The notes below the pieces were generated by a model, which was not told the DNA's origin, searched no databases, and saw only the letters and a program-made list of their open reading frames with translations. A program made the translations under genes and the position numbers. A stretch of 64,000 bases of DNA. Origin: Octopus sinensis (lineage: Eukaryota). Where the stretch lies: assembly GCF_006345805.1 (NCBI RefSeq), contig NC_042998.1, positions 170,376,001-170,440,000 on the forward strand. The letters run 5' to 3'. This document shows positions 25,985 to 39,017 of this stretch, piece after piece; positions within the stretch are counted from its first letter, which is position 1; each line of letters begins with the position of its first letter.

Positions 25985-26389
25985 GGCGCAGGAGTGGCTG
26001 TGTGGTAAGTAGCTTGCTTACAAACCACATGGTTCTGGGTTCAGTCCTACTGCATGGCACCTTGAACAAGTGTCTTATACTATAGCCTTGGGCCGACCAA
26101 AGCCTTCTGAGTGGATTTGGTAAACGGAAACTGAAAAGAAGCCCGTCGTATATATGTATATGCATATATGTGTGTGTGTGTTGTATGTGTGTATTTGTCC
26201 CCACAACATCGCTTGACAACTGATGCTGGTGTGTTTGCATCCCCGTAACTTAGCGGTTCAGCAAAAGACACCAATAGAATAAGTACTAGGCTTACAAAGA
26301 ATAAGTCCTGAGGTCGATTTGCTCGACTAAGGCGGTGCTCCAGCATGGCCGCAGTAAAATGACTGAAACAAGTATAAGAGTAAAAGAGT
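25985..26389 (+). mobile_element. tRNA-derived SINE, family A
   Basis: Full-length copy. Confidence 0.9.
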
Positions 26390-26570
26390 ACCTCTTGAAA
26401 TCACTTGAGGAGACACATCTACACAGAGGGATACACCTAAGTTGTCAGCATCAGTTGTGCAGCATCCCACCAGCAAGAGAGCAATGCTAGATGGATTGAA
26501 ATGATTGTAGTAATCAATAAAGATTCTCATATCTTCTATTTTCCATTTTCTCCATTAATTATATATATAT

Positions 26571-26993
26571 GCGCAGGAGTGGCTGTGTGGTAAGTAGCTT
26601 GCTAACCAACCACATGGTTCCGGGTTCTGTCCCACTGCGTGGCATCTTGGGCAAGTGTCTTCTGCTATAGCCCGGGCCGACCAATGCCTTGTGAGTGGAT
26701 TTGGTAGACGGAAACTGAAAAAGCCTGTCGTATATATGTATGTATATATATATATATGTGTGTGTGTATGTGTTTGTGTGTCTGTGTTTGTTCTCCTAGC
26801 ATTGCTTGACAGCCGATGCTGGTGTGTTTACGTCCCCATCACTTAGCGGTTCGGTGAAAGGGACCGATAGAATAAGTACTGGGCTTACAAAGAATAAGTC
26901 CCGGGGTCGATTTGCTCGACTAAAGGCGGTGCTCCAGCATGGCTGCAGTCAAATGACTGAAACAAGTAAAAGAGTAAAAGAGAGTAAAAGAGA
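26571..26993 (+). mobile_element. tRNA-derived SINE, family A
   Basis: Full-length copy retaining many CpGs. Confidence 0.9.
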
Positions 26994-27748
26994 GTATATA
27001 CAACGGGATGCTGAAAAGTTCCTGGCTTTAAGGTTATTGTGAAAGGCTTGGTTGGAGGCTCAACGTTTCTCTTGGATTACATATGCTTATATTCATGTAT
27101 GTATGTATGTATGTATGTATGTATGTATGTATGTATGTATGTATGAATGTATGTTTGTTTGTTTGTATGTTTCTGTCTACCATTTGGACACAGCACGCCA
27201 CCCACTTTTCGCAGTACAAAATGCTCCATACCCTCCCACACACCCATGCACAGAAACATATCACATGTACACCACATGCTTAGTCACACATACACCCATA
27301 TCCAGTCCACACATACACTGATACACACACATACACACAAGCCCACACACACACATTCACACTAACACACAAGCCCACACACACACATTCACACTAACAC
27401 ACATTGCCCATCCCAACCCTGTAAACAACCTCATACACACATACACATGTGCAAATGCACCACCCATGCATCTCTGACACATAGACACACACACACAAAT
27501 ATGTGCACAAAGAAATCTACACAAGGATATAAAATATACACATTCTTGCATGCTCACCCACTCACATATACATGAGCATGGTTCTTGCACACATACACAC
27601 GCACACGCACATGCTCTCTCTCTCTTTCTCTCTCCCCCTCTCGCTTTATCTCACTCTCTCTCTCTCTCTCTCTCTCTCCCTGTTCCCCTCTCTTCTTTGT
27701 ACATGTACGCACATACACACATTCACATACAAAAATTATATATATTTA

Positions 27749-28108
27749 GGCACAGGCGTAGCTGTGTGGTAAGAAACTTGCTTCTCACTACATGGCACCT
27801 TGGGCAAATGTCTTCTACTATAGCCTCAGGCCAACCAAAGCCTTGTGAGTGGATTTAGTAGATGGAAACTGAAAGAAGCTTGTCGAGTGTGTGTGTGTGT
27901 GTGTGTGCCTTTGTGTCTGTATTTGTCCCCCATCACCAATTGATGACTGGTGTGTTTACATCCCAGTAACAACAAAAGACACAAACAGAATAAGTACCAG
28001 GCTTAAAAATTAAGTCCTGGGGGTCGATTTGCTCAACTAAAACCCTTATAGGCAGTGCTCCATCATGGCACGGTTAACTTACTGAAATGAGTAAAAGAAT
28101 AAAAGAAT
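27749..28108 (+). mobile_element. tRNA-derived SINE, family A (diverged), directly followed by an RTE 3' tail (28110-28288)
   Basis: Homology to the other copies in the window. Confidence 0.8.
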
Positions 28109-29027
28109 ACCCACTACGCTCTTGGAGTGGTTGGCGTTAGGAAAGGCATCCAGCTATAGAAACTTTGCAAGATCAGATTGAGCCTGGTGCAGCCTCCTGG
28201 CTCACCAGTCCTCAGTCAAACTGTCCAACCCATGCCAGCATGGAAAGTGGCCATTAAACGACGACGACGATGATGATGATGATGATGATATACTGTTAAG
28301 GTTATTTCTCCAGAAACTGATTTTTTGCGATGTTTCTTATCGAGACATCAGATGTGAACAAATAATGAGACAAAAGACAAAAGTAGGCAATGAGTGTACA
28401 TGCCATTTTTTGGGGGGGGGTTTCCCTCTTCATCAGCACCCATCAAATCCCACTTTTGCCTCCGAACACATTGCTTATAGAGCCACCACATACAGCGGTG
28501 TTAAGTTATTGGGTATACCAATTTACATATTAAACACATTCCTGGAGTTGGAATGCAAACATTAATGACTTGTAGGCACATGGTATTCCATTGTGCAACC
28601 ATTATAAAGTATATTAAATGTTTTTATAAACCAACATTATGTTTTACTGTGTTAGCAGTGCTCTTTACATTATTTAATCAAAGTTTGCAGCAATATCAAC
28701 AGAATAGTTTCATAGTTTGTTAGCAAGAAGGTTGTTTTATGTTCAGAACAAGTTTCTGCATTATCAGCTAATATGTGAACATTCCAACAAGAAATCTTAA
28801 GTCACATTGGTTGGCTAGTATTACTAATTCTATTGTTTCAACCATAGTATAGACATCTGCTAGCTGCACTAAACTGACCAGATTTTTATGAGGTAAGCAG
28901 TTATGGGATTACCTTTTTTTAAAACCTTGAAAATACATTGGTGAGCACCCGAAGGAGAAACTGAATCCCACCATTACATCTGGTACACCTCCCAAAATCC
29001 CATTCATGTACATGTCACATATATATA

Positions 29028-30697
29028 TCATCATCATCATCATCGTTTAACGTCCGCTTTCCATGCTAGCATGGGTTGGACGGTTCAACTGGGGTCTGGC
29101 AAGCCCGAAGGCTGCACCAGGCCAGTCAGATCTGGCAGTGTTTCTACAGCTGGATGCCCTTCCTAATGCCAACCACTCCGAGAGTGTAGTGGGTGATTTT
29201 ATGTGCCACCGACACAGGTGCCAGACGAGGCTGGCAGACAGCCATGCTCGGATGGTGTTTTTTATGTGCCACCGACACAGGTGCCAGATGAGGCTGGCAG
29301 ACAGCCATGCTCGGATGGTGTTTTTTTATGTGCCACCGACACAGGTGCCAGACGAGGCTGGCGAACGGCCACGATCGGATGGTGTTTGTTACGTGCCCAC
29401 AGCACGGAGGCCAGTCGATGCGGTACTGGCTACGGCCACATTCGGATGGTTTTCTTATGTGCCACCGGCACTGGTACCACAAGGATACAAATTCCATTGA
29501 TGTTCATCTATTTTGATTTGGTTTGATTTGATTTGATTTTCACTTGCCTCAACAGGTCTTCACAAGTGTCACAAGAAGGAAGGTATGCACAGGTGGACTG
29601 ACTACGTCCCAGGTAGGGGCCACAGGTTTTGGCTTCACTAGTCTTGCCGGGTCTTCTCACACACAGCATACTTCCATAGGTCTCGGTCTCTAGTCATTTC
29701 CATGGTGAGACCCAACGTTCGAAGGTCGTGCTTCACTACCTCGTCCCAGGTTTTCCTGGGTCTACCTCTTCCACGGGTTCCCTCAACTGCTAGGGATTGG
29801 CACTTTCTCACACACCTATCTTCATCCATTCTCGCCACATGACCATACCAGCGCAATCGTCTCTCTTGCACACCAGGTACAACATTTCTCTCAAGGAACT
29901 AACGCTCTGTCGAGTAAGTACACTGCCATTACACATCCATCGGAGCATACTGGCTTCATTCCTCATGAGCTTACGCATGTCCTCAGCAGTCACGGCCCAT
30001 GTTTCACTGCCATGTAGCATGGCAGTTCGTACACATGCATCATACAGTCTGCCTTTTACTCTGAGTGAGAGGCCTTTAGTCACCAGCAGAGGTAAGAGCT
30101 CCCTAAACTTTGCCCAGGCTATTCTTATTCTAGCAGTTACACTCTCAGCGCACCCACCCCCACTACTGACTTGGTCACCTAGATAACGGAAGCTATCAAC
30201 TACTTCTAGTTTTTCCCCCTGGAAAGTGACGGAAGTTGTTTTCTGCAGATTTTCGGAGGTCAATGCTCCCGAGCATCTGCCACATACAAAAACTATCTTC
30301 CCAGTTAGCCTACCTTTGACATTGCTGCACCTCTTATGTGTCCATAGCTTACACTGGGTACATCTTATAGAGTTTCTACCTACACCTTTTCTACAGATCG
30401 AGCAGGGCCATCTTCCTGAAGACATTTGTGGATTGTCTACCTTTCTACTTATTAGTACTTTGGTTTTAGCTAGGTTGACTCTAAGGCCCCTCGATTCTAA
30501 ACCCTCCTTCCACACCTGGAACTTCTCCTCCAGTTCTGATAGTGACTCAGCAATTAGAGCGAGGTCGTCAGCATAGAGGAGCTCCCAGGGGCAACCTGTC
30601 TTGAATTCCTCCACAATTGCCTGGAGGACTATGATAAATAGGAGAGGGCTGAGTACTGAACCCTGGTGGACCCCAACCTCTACTTTGAATTTCTTCT
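29028..30697 (-). mobile_element. RTE-type LINE, 5'-truncated: RT C-terminal half with embedded PHD-like finger, 3' UTR tandem units and (GAT)n tail
   Basis: ORF 29808-30713 has GVHQGSVLSPLLFIIVL, LLYADDLAL, GLRVNLAKTKVL, FRYLGD and MLHGSETW. After a frameshift it continues as RRLRWYGHVARM...RGRGRPRKTWDE (ORF 29638-29871). Confidence 0.92.
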
Positions 30698-30750
30698 GTG
30701 TACATGTTGCCAACTAACCTTACTTACTATAATATATATATATATAGATA

Positions 30751-30796
<46 letters not shown>

Positions 30797-31197
30797 CACT
30801 ACAACAGGTTTGTTTCAGTTTCTGACTACCAAATGCATTCACAGGCTTTAATCAGCCCAGGTTATACTAGAAGCTACTTGCCCAAGGTGTCACACAGTAC
30901 GACTGAATCAGGAATCATGTGGTTAGGAAGTAAACTTCTTACTATACAGTCATGCCTGCACCTACAGCCAAACCAGTGCCAATAGCCATGCATGCACATA
31001 ACATGTTTAACTAGTAGATGTAGTTGCATTCTATAAAAATGTATCTAAATTCCCCTAATGTTTTTCTGTTTCCCTTTTAGCTTTTTATTACTGTTTTTCT
31101 TCCTTGTTCACAAAATTTTGCACAGTTTATCTGATAAATTAATCTGGTGAATTAAAACATTGGCAGATAAATGAGGGTCAACAGTAATATTGTTTAC

Positions 31198-31281
31198 CTG
31201 ATTTACACAGTACTTTTCAAAAGCTTGGAACATATGGAAGTATTCTTGAAAAAGTTGACCAATATTGACTTTCTGGTAATC
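31198..31281 (-). CDS. RhoGEF DH exon (DYQKVNIGQLFQEYFHMFQAFEKYCVNQ)
   Basis: atatccag| acceptor, CAG|gtaaac donor, 84 nt, phase 0/0. IGxLF...YCxNQ is typical of DH domains. Confidence 0.92.
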
Positions 31282-32084
31282 CTGGATATTAATCAAAAGA
31301 AAGGAAATAACTTCAAATGTAGGTTTTATGGAAATTTTCCATTCAAATACTAAGTGACAGTTTATACATAAACTTAATACAATAAATCAGGCATGACTAA
31401 AGCAGTTATATAAATAGTCATTTTTTTTTTTTTATAATCTATTATTCATGCTTTAGTCCAATCATATATTCTAGTTTGCAATCTGGGCTTGAGCTTTATT
31501 TAAATGAAGGTGTTATGGAAATTTTCCAAGAAAAAAGTGATGACTGATATGAAAACATCCTGTTTGCATGTTATTATAATGAAAACAAATACTCTAAAAG
31601 CCAATAGCAACAACATTCACTAAGATTTTCTCTGAATATTCCTTGCACTATCATCATCATCATCATTTTCAACCCTGACATGGGCTGAACAGGTCATCAT
31701 AATCTGAGCTATTGGTCCCAAAGACTAGGTACTCATACATGTCATTTGGTTTGATTTCTAAGGACAGATGACCTTCCTAACACCAACTGGAATGTACTGG
31801 GTGCATTTTCTCATGGCACCAACGCTAGAGGGTTAAACAGTCTTGGTAAGACAGGACTAGAGAGACTTCATAACTCTTATAAGACTTTCTCTGCTCATTT
31901 ATCCAACCACTTTACACTATCAACAGTACATGATAAATGTACTATAAATGTAAATTTGGAAAGGGAACAATGACAACAGAAATATCATAAATTTTATCAT
32001 AAGAGATACATATTTGATAGATGGGGATACAGAAGTAAATGTAGATATAGAGAATACTCAATAAATTAGGGAACATACATTTGC

Positions 32085-32301
32085 ACGAGGGGTGCTGAAA
32101 AGTTCCTGGCTTTGGGTAAAAGAAAATACAGAAGAATCAATTAATTATGATTTTATTCAACAGATTCACTCTCAGACTCACACACTTATTACAGTGGTCC
32201 TTCAATTCTTCTAAGCCTTGTAAAAACATTTGGAAGGCTGGGCCTCAAACCAGACTTTTTATGACACACTTAGGGTCAGGAACTTTTCAGCACCCCCTTG
32301 T
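32085..32301. mobile_element. Non-autonomous mariner-type MITE
   Basis: TIRs acgagggggtgctgaaaagttcctgg / caggaacttttcagcacccccttgt. Second copy at 54829-55048; single TIR near 26998. Confidence 0.8.
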
Positions 32302-32554
32302 TCAGGTGACAAAGAAGAGGAATAGGAGAGAAAGAAGAGAAAGAACAATGACATGAAAAAGGCTCTTAATGAGTAGGCGGGGTAGAAGGAACAAGAATAT
32401 GATATGAAGAAGGCAGGAGTATGTAGATGCAATCAGAAAGAGAGAGAGGGAGTGATTGGTAATAGCAGATGGATGATGAGATAGTGGCTAGGGGTAGTGA
32501 TTGGCCTTTTGATTCCAGGTTTTACTTTCATGCCCAGAATTTCTCCTAATTCTA

Positions 32555-33070
32555 ATAAAGATTCAACTGCAAGAACTAAATCATCAGCATATAGGTGTTC
32601 CCATAAACAGCTAGTACTAGACTTCTCTGTAATGGCCTGTACAATATGATGAATTGGAGAGAGCTGAAAACTGAACCTTGATGGACCCCTATCTTCACAC
32701 TAAATTCATTCTCACTTTACTTACTATAGCTTTATACATAGCTTGACCAACAGATTATAGAGTGTGGCACTCTGTCAAAGGGTTTACCCAAGTCAACGAA
32801 TGCCAGTTACAGTTGTTTACTCTTAGCCAAGTATTTCAAGCCAAATTGCATTATTAGGAAAATTGCATCTGTGGTACCTCTTTTGAGGTATAACACTGAA
32901 CTGCATTTCATCTGAACGAACTTTATTTCTGATCTTGTGTTATGCTTCTCTATGTGATCTTCACAGTCTGATCCAAGAATCTGATGGCTCTATAATTTCC
33001 TCTCTCTCTCTAAAGTATCTCCTTTACCCTTGTAGCAGCTTACAATGATACTGCTACGCCAGTCACTGAC
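32555..33070 (-). mobile_element. Old degraded RTE LINE RT fragment
   Basis: Remnants GVHQGSV and WEHLYADDLVLAVESL on the minus strand, with frameshifts. Confidence 0.7.
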
Positions 33071-33514
33071 TTCATATTGTGAGCATCTCAGAGACTTTTC
33101 TTGTTGGTCCACTAGTTTTCCCTAACTTATTTGTTTTAATCACTTTATCTGTCTCATTTCTGTCATCTTGAATTATTGGTCTCCTAGTTAGGTCAACATG
33201 AGGTAGTCCCCCTTTATTCTTAATCCCATGCATTCCCCACACCCAACAGCTTCTCTTTATAACATCTCCATGCCTCTTTCTTATCATTAGCAGCAACGGC
33301 AAAGATGCCTTTGTCATTTCAGATTTACTTCTCTCTAATGACATCTGTTCTCTCTAACACTCTGTCTCACAATCATGAACAACTCATGCCTCTGATCCTC
33401 ATATTATATATTTCTTTATTGCCCACAGGGGGCTAAACATAGAGGGGACAAACAAGGACTAACAATGCCTCTGGTCCTCACATTATAGAATAGGTGCATA
33501 TAATCATTACTAAC

Positions 33515-33667
33515 CTCATCCTTTTTATTGGAAGCTTCTTGTAATATTCCTGATAGCTGCTTGGTGAATTTTTCATTAACATGAACTAGTTCCTCTAAAT
33601 TCAAAAATATTGAAGCTAATTCTTTATTTTCCAAAAGATTGGCTTTCTTCATAGGTATATAAAATTC
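33515..33667 (-). CDS. RhoGEF DH exon (EFYIPMKKANLLENKELASIFLNLEELVHVNEKFTKQLSGILQEASNKKDE)
   Basis: ttttatcattgcag| acceptor, GAG|gttagt donor, 153 nt, phase 0/0. IFLNLEELVHVN is the DH IFxNixxi motif. Confidence 0.93.
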
Positions 33668-34049
33668 CTGCAATGATAAAAACAATAACAATTTCTTTCA
33701 TTCATTGTCTTAACCCTTTTGAGATCATCAATGCCTTCAGCCACCTCTACTTTCATAATACACAGTCTCTCTTTTTAAAGTGTTTATATCTAAAGTAAAA
33801 ACATTTCATTATGAATATATCTAAGAACATTTTCGTAAATTATTTTCCAAATACCAGCTTAATAATGAAGAAGTTCAAGTATTTTATTAAATTCCCTTAA
33901 AATATTTTATTATTTTCAAAATTAATTAAGGAAGCATGGGTGGCGAACTTCATTAAAAATATACCGTATGAAGATTAAAAGAAAAGATTCAATTTTAACC
34001 TTTTGATGCCAACCTGCTGACTTTGCACCAAAATGTTAAGCCATAATTA

Positions 34050-34308
34050 TTACTATTATCATTTTTGTTTGTAACTCAGGCTTTGTTGGAATTCCTGAAA
34101 CCTTGCATGCATAGTGGGTTTGCTACCTGCAGCCTACAGTACCATGCTATGTTCTTTTCAACTATCTAATACTTGCCTGATTATTCAGGCCATGCCAAAA
34201 GAAGTGAACCTTTTGTAACAGTTCTACTAGGCACTCTATCCTGATTTCCTTTATATTCCTCTTGATGCCTTCTGATATCATCCCCAAGGACCCAATAATA
34301 ATTGGCAC
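34050..34308 (-). mobile_element. R4/Dong-clade 3' fragment abutting a (TAA/TGA)n tract
   Basis: VPIIIGSLGMIS...ELLQKV resembles the PVVIGALGMI...EIQKIV end of ORF 13709-14137. Confidence 0.6.
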
Positions 34309-34345
34309 ATTATTATTATTATCATCATCATCATCATCATCATCA

Positions 34346-34383
<38 letters not shown>

Positions 34384-34385
<2 letters not shown>

Positions 34386-34610
34386 GGTCGCAAGCTGGCA
34401 GAATTGTTAGCATGCCAGGCAAAATGCTTAGTGGTATTTCGTCCATCACTGTATTCTGAGTTCAAATTTTACTGAGATCAACTTTGCTTTGCATCCTTTC
34501 AGGGTTGATAAATTAAGTACCAGTGAAACACTGAAGTCAGTGTGGTCAACTGGTTCTCTCCCAAAATTTCAGGCCTTATGCCTTTAGTAGAAAGGATTGT
34601 TATGATTATG

Positions 34611-34648
<38 letters not shown>

Positions 34649-34860
34649 GGTCGCAAGCTGGCAGAATTGTTAGCATGCCAGGCAAAATGCTTAGTGGTAT
34701 TTCGTCCATCACTGTATTCTGAGTTCAAATTTTACTGAGATCAACTTTGCTTTGCATCCTTTCAGGGTTGATAAATTAAGTACCAGTGAAACACTGAAGT
34801 CAGTGTGGTCAACTGGTTCTCTCCCAAAATTTCAGGCCTTATGCCTTTAGTAGAAAGGAT
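34384..34860 (+). mobile_element. Two identical tandem copies of SINE family B (34384-34597 and 34647-34860) in (TTA)n; third partial copy at 34960-35080
   Basis: A-box-like agctggcagaattgttag, B-box gagttcaaat, 263 bp period. Confidence 0.9.
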
Positions 34861-34873
34861 TGTTATGATTATG

Positions 34874-34961
<88 letters not shown>

Positions 34962-35344
34962 AGGTGGTGATTTGGTAGAATTGTTTGAGTGAGATCAGTC
35001 AAAATGCATTGCAATTTATGTTCTAGCTCTGTGCATTCTGAGTTCAAATTCTGCAACAGTCACCTTTGCTTTTCATTTCTCTAAAGTATTATTTTTTGTT
35101 TCTTTACAATTATTGACTTGCATTTGTTAAAGATGAACATTAATTGCACTAATGTCATTAATCTTTGAGGGCCAATGAAACCATGACTTCAGTCTCCTCC
35201 TTAGAGACTTTTATATTCAAGAAAATAAAATGGAAAACAGCATGTAAAATAGATAAAAAGTAAAACCAAACATTTAATAATCAACAATATAGTTATAGAT
35301 ATAATAGGGATTGTTAATGATATAAGAAGTATAATTAAATTCAT

Positions 35345-35577
35345 TTAACCCTTTTGATGCCAACCCACTGGAAGCCACCTCTGGCTCTGTAGTATAAATG
35401 TCTTGTTTTCAAAAGTTCTAAATTAAAATCTCCCACCAAACCTTAGTCACAATTTATGTTCTTAACACTAGCTTAATGACAGCTAAGTTATTTTACTAAT
35501 TTTTTTGTTATATTTAAAATTAATTGAAAGAAACACAGAGTATCTTAACAGAAATGTGGTAAAAAAAAATGGGTTAA
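35345..35577. mobile_element. piggyBac-type non-autonomous element
   Basis: TTAA|CCCTTTT ... AAAATGGG|TTAA, i.e. a TTAA target site and CCC/GGG termini. Diverged relative at about 33710-33980. Confidence 0.7.
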
Positions 35578-36477
35578 TCCAGGACATTTCTAACACTCTC
35601 TTAGCTATTAATGAGAATAGTATTGATTCTACTGGATACCATTTTTATAATAATTAGTAATATGAGACTACGAGACTTCTGGTGGTTTGCTGTGATTTAG
35701 AAGACAAGTCAAGTAAAATTGTGGTTATCTTTGCATACAGGCATATCCCCTATATCCTTCTTCAGCTGACAGCTGAGTGATCCTAATCTTGTAGGCTCAT
35801 GGGTGTCAATGCTACATAAAAAAAAAACACCTGTGTCAGTGTCACATTAAGATACCCAGTGCTGCATAAAAGATCCCAGTACACTCCGTAAAGTGTTTGG
35901 CATTAGGAAGAGCATCTGGAAGTTTCTCTGAGACAAAATAGTATCATTCCATGTTTGTAGTTAGATTCTAGGTGTTATACCCACTGGTACTTTAAAAGAA
36001 GATTGTTTAAATAACAAACTAGTATAAAGTCTTGATCCCCACTGCCAAACAAATTACTAATTAATCACAAGTTAATCAGGGAGTTTCTACACCAGCAGTT
36101 CCCAACTTAAGCTGCTTGCATCCCTGTAAATGCAAGATGCATTTTAAAGGATGTAACAAAGATGGAAAGTATATCATCGTCATCATTGGCAGTGGCAGCG
36201 TTTGACATCTGTTTTCTATGCTGGCATGGGTTTAATAGAAGCTGACAGACCAGAGAACTGCACTATGCCAAGCTCCAGTGTCTGCTTTGGCATGGTTTCT
36301 ATGGTTGAATGTCCTTCCAAATACCAACCACTTTACAGAGCGTACTGGGTGCTTTTTACATGGCACCAGTACTAGTGAAGTCACCAAGTAACTATCAAGA
36401 CAAACCCCACAACTGAGTGGACGCAGTACTGAGGGAGATAGCTTAATGTCAGGTGATGAGACATTACAGTATGATAG

Positions 36478-36877
36478 AAACACACCTACCATATTCTGAG
36501 CGCCTTGTTTCCCTGGGCATGGATTCACTGAAGCTCCGGCGTCTGGCGACGGACTTGGTAAACACCCACAAGGTTATCAACCACCTCACCAACAACAACA
36601 CTGAACACCTTTTTGATCTCCATGTGTCTAACACACGTGGACATGCCTACAAAGTCAGAAAACAGCACAGCTCCCATGACTTTCGGAAACATTTTTTCAC
36701 GCTCAGGGTTGCTGAAGCGTGGAATAAACTGCCTGCATCAGTTGTTGACTGCCATGACACTGCATCCTTTAAGGCCCTCATGCTTCCCGAAATCCGTCGA
36801 AACTACACCTGATTATATATACACTTTAGATGAGTTGTAGTGCACCTGAGCACTGTACACAATTATTATTATTATTA
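36478..36877 (+). mobile_element. CR1-type LINE 3' fragment (young, open frame)
   Basis: HLPYSERLVSLGMDSLKLRRLATDL...NTRGHAYKVRKQHSSHDFRKHFFTLRVAEAWNKLP; (TTA)n tail. Confidence 0.9.
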
Positions 36878-37121
36878 TCTTACAGTAAAAAAAAGGTACA
36901 TGGCTACCCCAATGGAAAATGAGAGATGATGGTCATGAAGAGGTGTAAGGGTGTGTCCCCAAATCACTAGTTGATGAATATAAGAGAATTGGTCAAGTGG
37001 ATTAGACAAGGTGAATGGGGAAGTAAGTTCATGAAAGTGTGAAAAGAGAGGGGAAATCTCTTATCAGAATCGACTTATTAATTAGCTCTTAAAAATAACT
37101 TTATTCTAATAAATACATCCA

Positions 37122-37282
37122 GGCGTAGGAATGGCTGTGTGGTAAGTAGCTTGCTTACGAACCACATGGTTCCAGGTTCAGTCCCACTACATGACACCTT
37201 GGGCAAGTGTCTTCTACTATAGCCTCAGGCCGACCAAAGCCTTGTGAGTGGATTTGGTAGACGGAAACTGAATGAAGCCCGT

Positions 37283-37339
<57 letters not shown>

Positions 37340-37552
37340 GTGTATACGTTTGTGTGTCTGTGTTTGTCCTGCCAACATTGCTTGACAACCAATGCTGGTG
37401 TGTTTACGTCACCCTAACTTAGCAGTTCAGCTAAAGGGACCAATAGAATAAGTACCAGGCTTACAAAGAATAAGTCCTAGGATCAATTTGCTCGACTAAA
37501 GGCGATGCTCCAGCATGGCCACAGTCAAATGACTGAAACAAGTAAAAGGGAG
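37122..37552 (+). mobile_element. tRNA-derived SINE, family A
   Basis: Full-length copy. Confidence 0.9.
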
Positions 37553-38524
37553 TATCTTTATTATTCAACATATGTAGATTTAGTCCTCAGTAAGTTATAA
37601 CCCATAACTGTGTCTTCATTCCTCTTGCAATAGTATACTTGTGTGAATTTGGTTTCAATTCTCTTTTGTCAGTCAAGACAAAATCTACAAATCACCTGAA
37701 TCCACAAGCAAGACCTGCAGATTGCAATCAGTTCCATAACAGTTCCATGTTTTGATAAAATCATGAATGAGAAGTAAGAACAAAGAAGTTGTGCATTTTC
37801 TGCTCATAATTGTGATCAATTTCAGTGTTTACAGATTTTTCTAATTGTTTGATTTACATTTGTATTTTATGCATTGAGTCAAGTTTGTTGGAAGTGATCT
37901 ACAGATGCAGGGAATATATTACATTGGAAACTACTGCTCTACACAGATGTTCAACATGCTAGAAATAGCAGCTGAATTCCCTCATATCACATCCTACCAT
38001 ATGTAAAAAAGGAAGAACACGTTAATAGTCAATGTCTTAGACATACTTAAAAAGATGAGGTAGCCATGGCTAGAATGCTTTTGATCACAGGCTTACTGAA
38101 TCAGATCTGAAGTTGGGCTAAAAAGGAACAACATAAGCAAATCACATTCAACAGTTGAATTACTGAACATTTGGTTATAAGTTCAAAATTCACTATTGTT
38201 ATAGTTGTTTCATGATCTTGCATAAGACACATAACTCCACTGACTTCAGTTTCCCTACCTGATGTCAGTGTCTATTCCCACTTGATAATTGAAGGGTTAG
38301 TAATGATAGAATTGTTCAACAATATAGAAATACTTGTTGATTCCATGAGCAACTACGAATTATTTTTGCTAAAGTTTTCAAAAGTAAAAAACAACTTCTG
38401 CACGACATAGGAAAGTAATTCTCCAATAAATCTGTTCTACAGAAACCATGCTAATGCCCACAAAGGGAGAAAGAAATCATGACTGTGAATTAAAAAAAAC
38501 TGAAGAAAGCTGGTAGAATTTTAC

Positions 38525-38692
38525 CTCCAAAATAATTTTAAGGTCTCTGCCGTAGTTGACTTCTGTCTGTACAATTTCTTGAATGGTTTCTTTACGCTCA
38601 GTCCGTCTTGAAAGACACTGCTGACAAACGGTTTCATTGTTACTGGAAGTTTTATAAACCACAACTTCTGCACACTCACAGCAAATCAACCG
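38525..38692 (-). CDS. RhoGEF exon: CxxC..CxxC motif and start of DH domain (RLICCECAEV...VCQQCLSRRTERKETIQEIVQTEVNYGRDLKIILE)
   Basis: ttttttcaaaag| acceptor, GAG|gtaaaa donor, 168 nt, phase 0/0. RKETIQEIVQTEVNYGRDL matches the DH conserved region 1 pattern (RxxxIxElxxTExxYxxxL). Confidence 0.92.
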
Positions 38693-39017
38693 CTTTTGAA
38701 AAAATAAATCAAATAAAGGTGTATTATTTCACTTGTAAAAAGGTGGTAATTACTTTCTAAAAACAGTTAACATAACATTTAATACTATAAACACAAGAAC
38801 ATGGAAAAGAGCAGTTATTGAGAATATTTTGCTTTATAAACTATATATTTATATCAGTCACAATACTTTACAATGAAAAATTTATCAAAATTTTATACTT
38901 ATCAAATTACTATGCCAATTCAGTTATTTGCACAAGTTAAGTGCATAAGAATTTCAATCACTGATGCAATGCAATAAAGAAGAATTGAATATATACAGTT
39001 TCATATATATTAATAGA

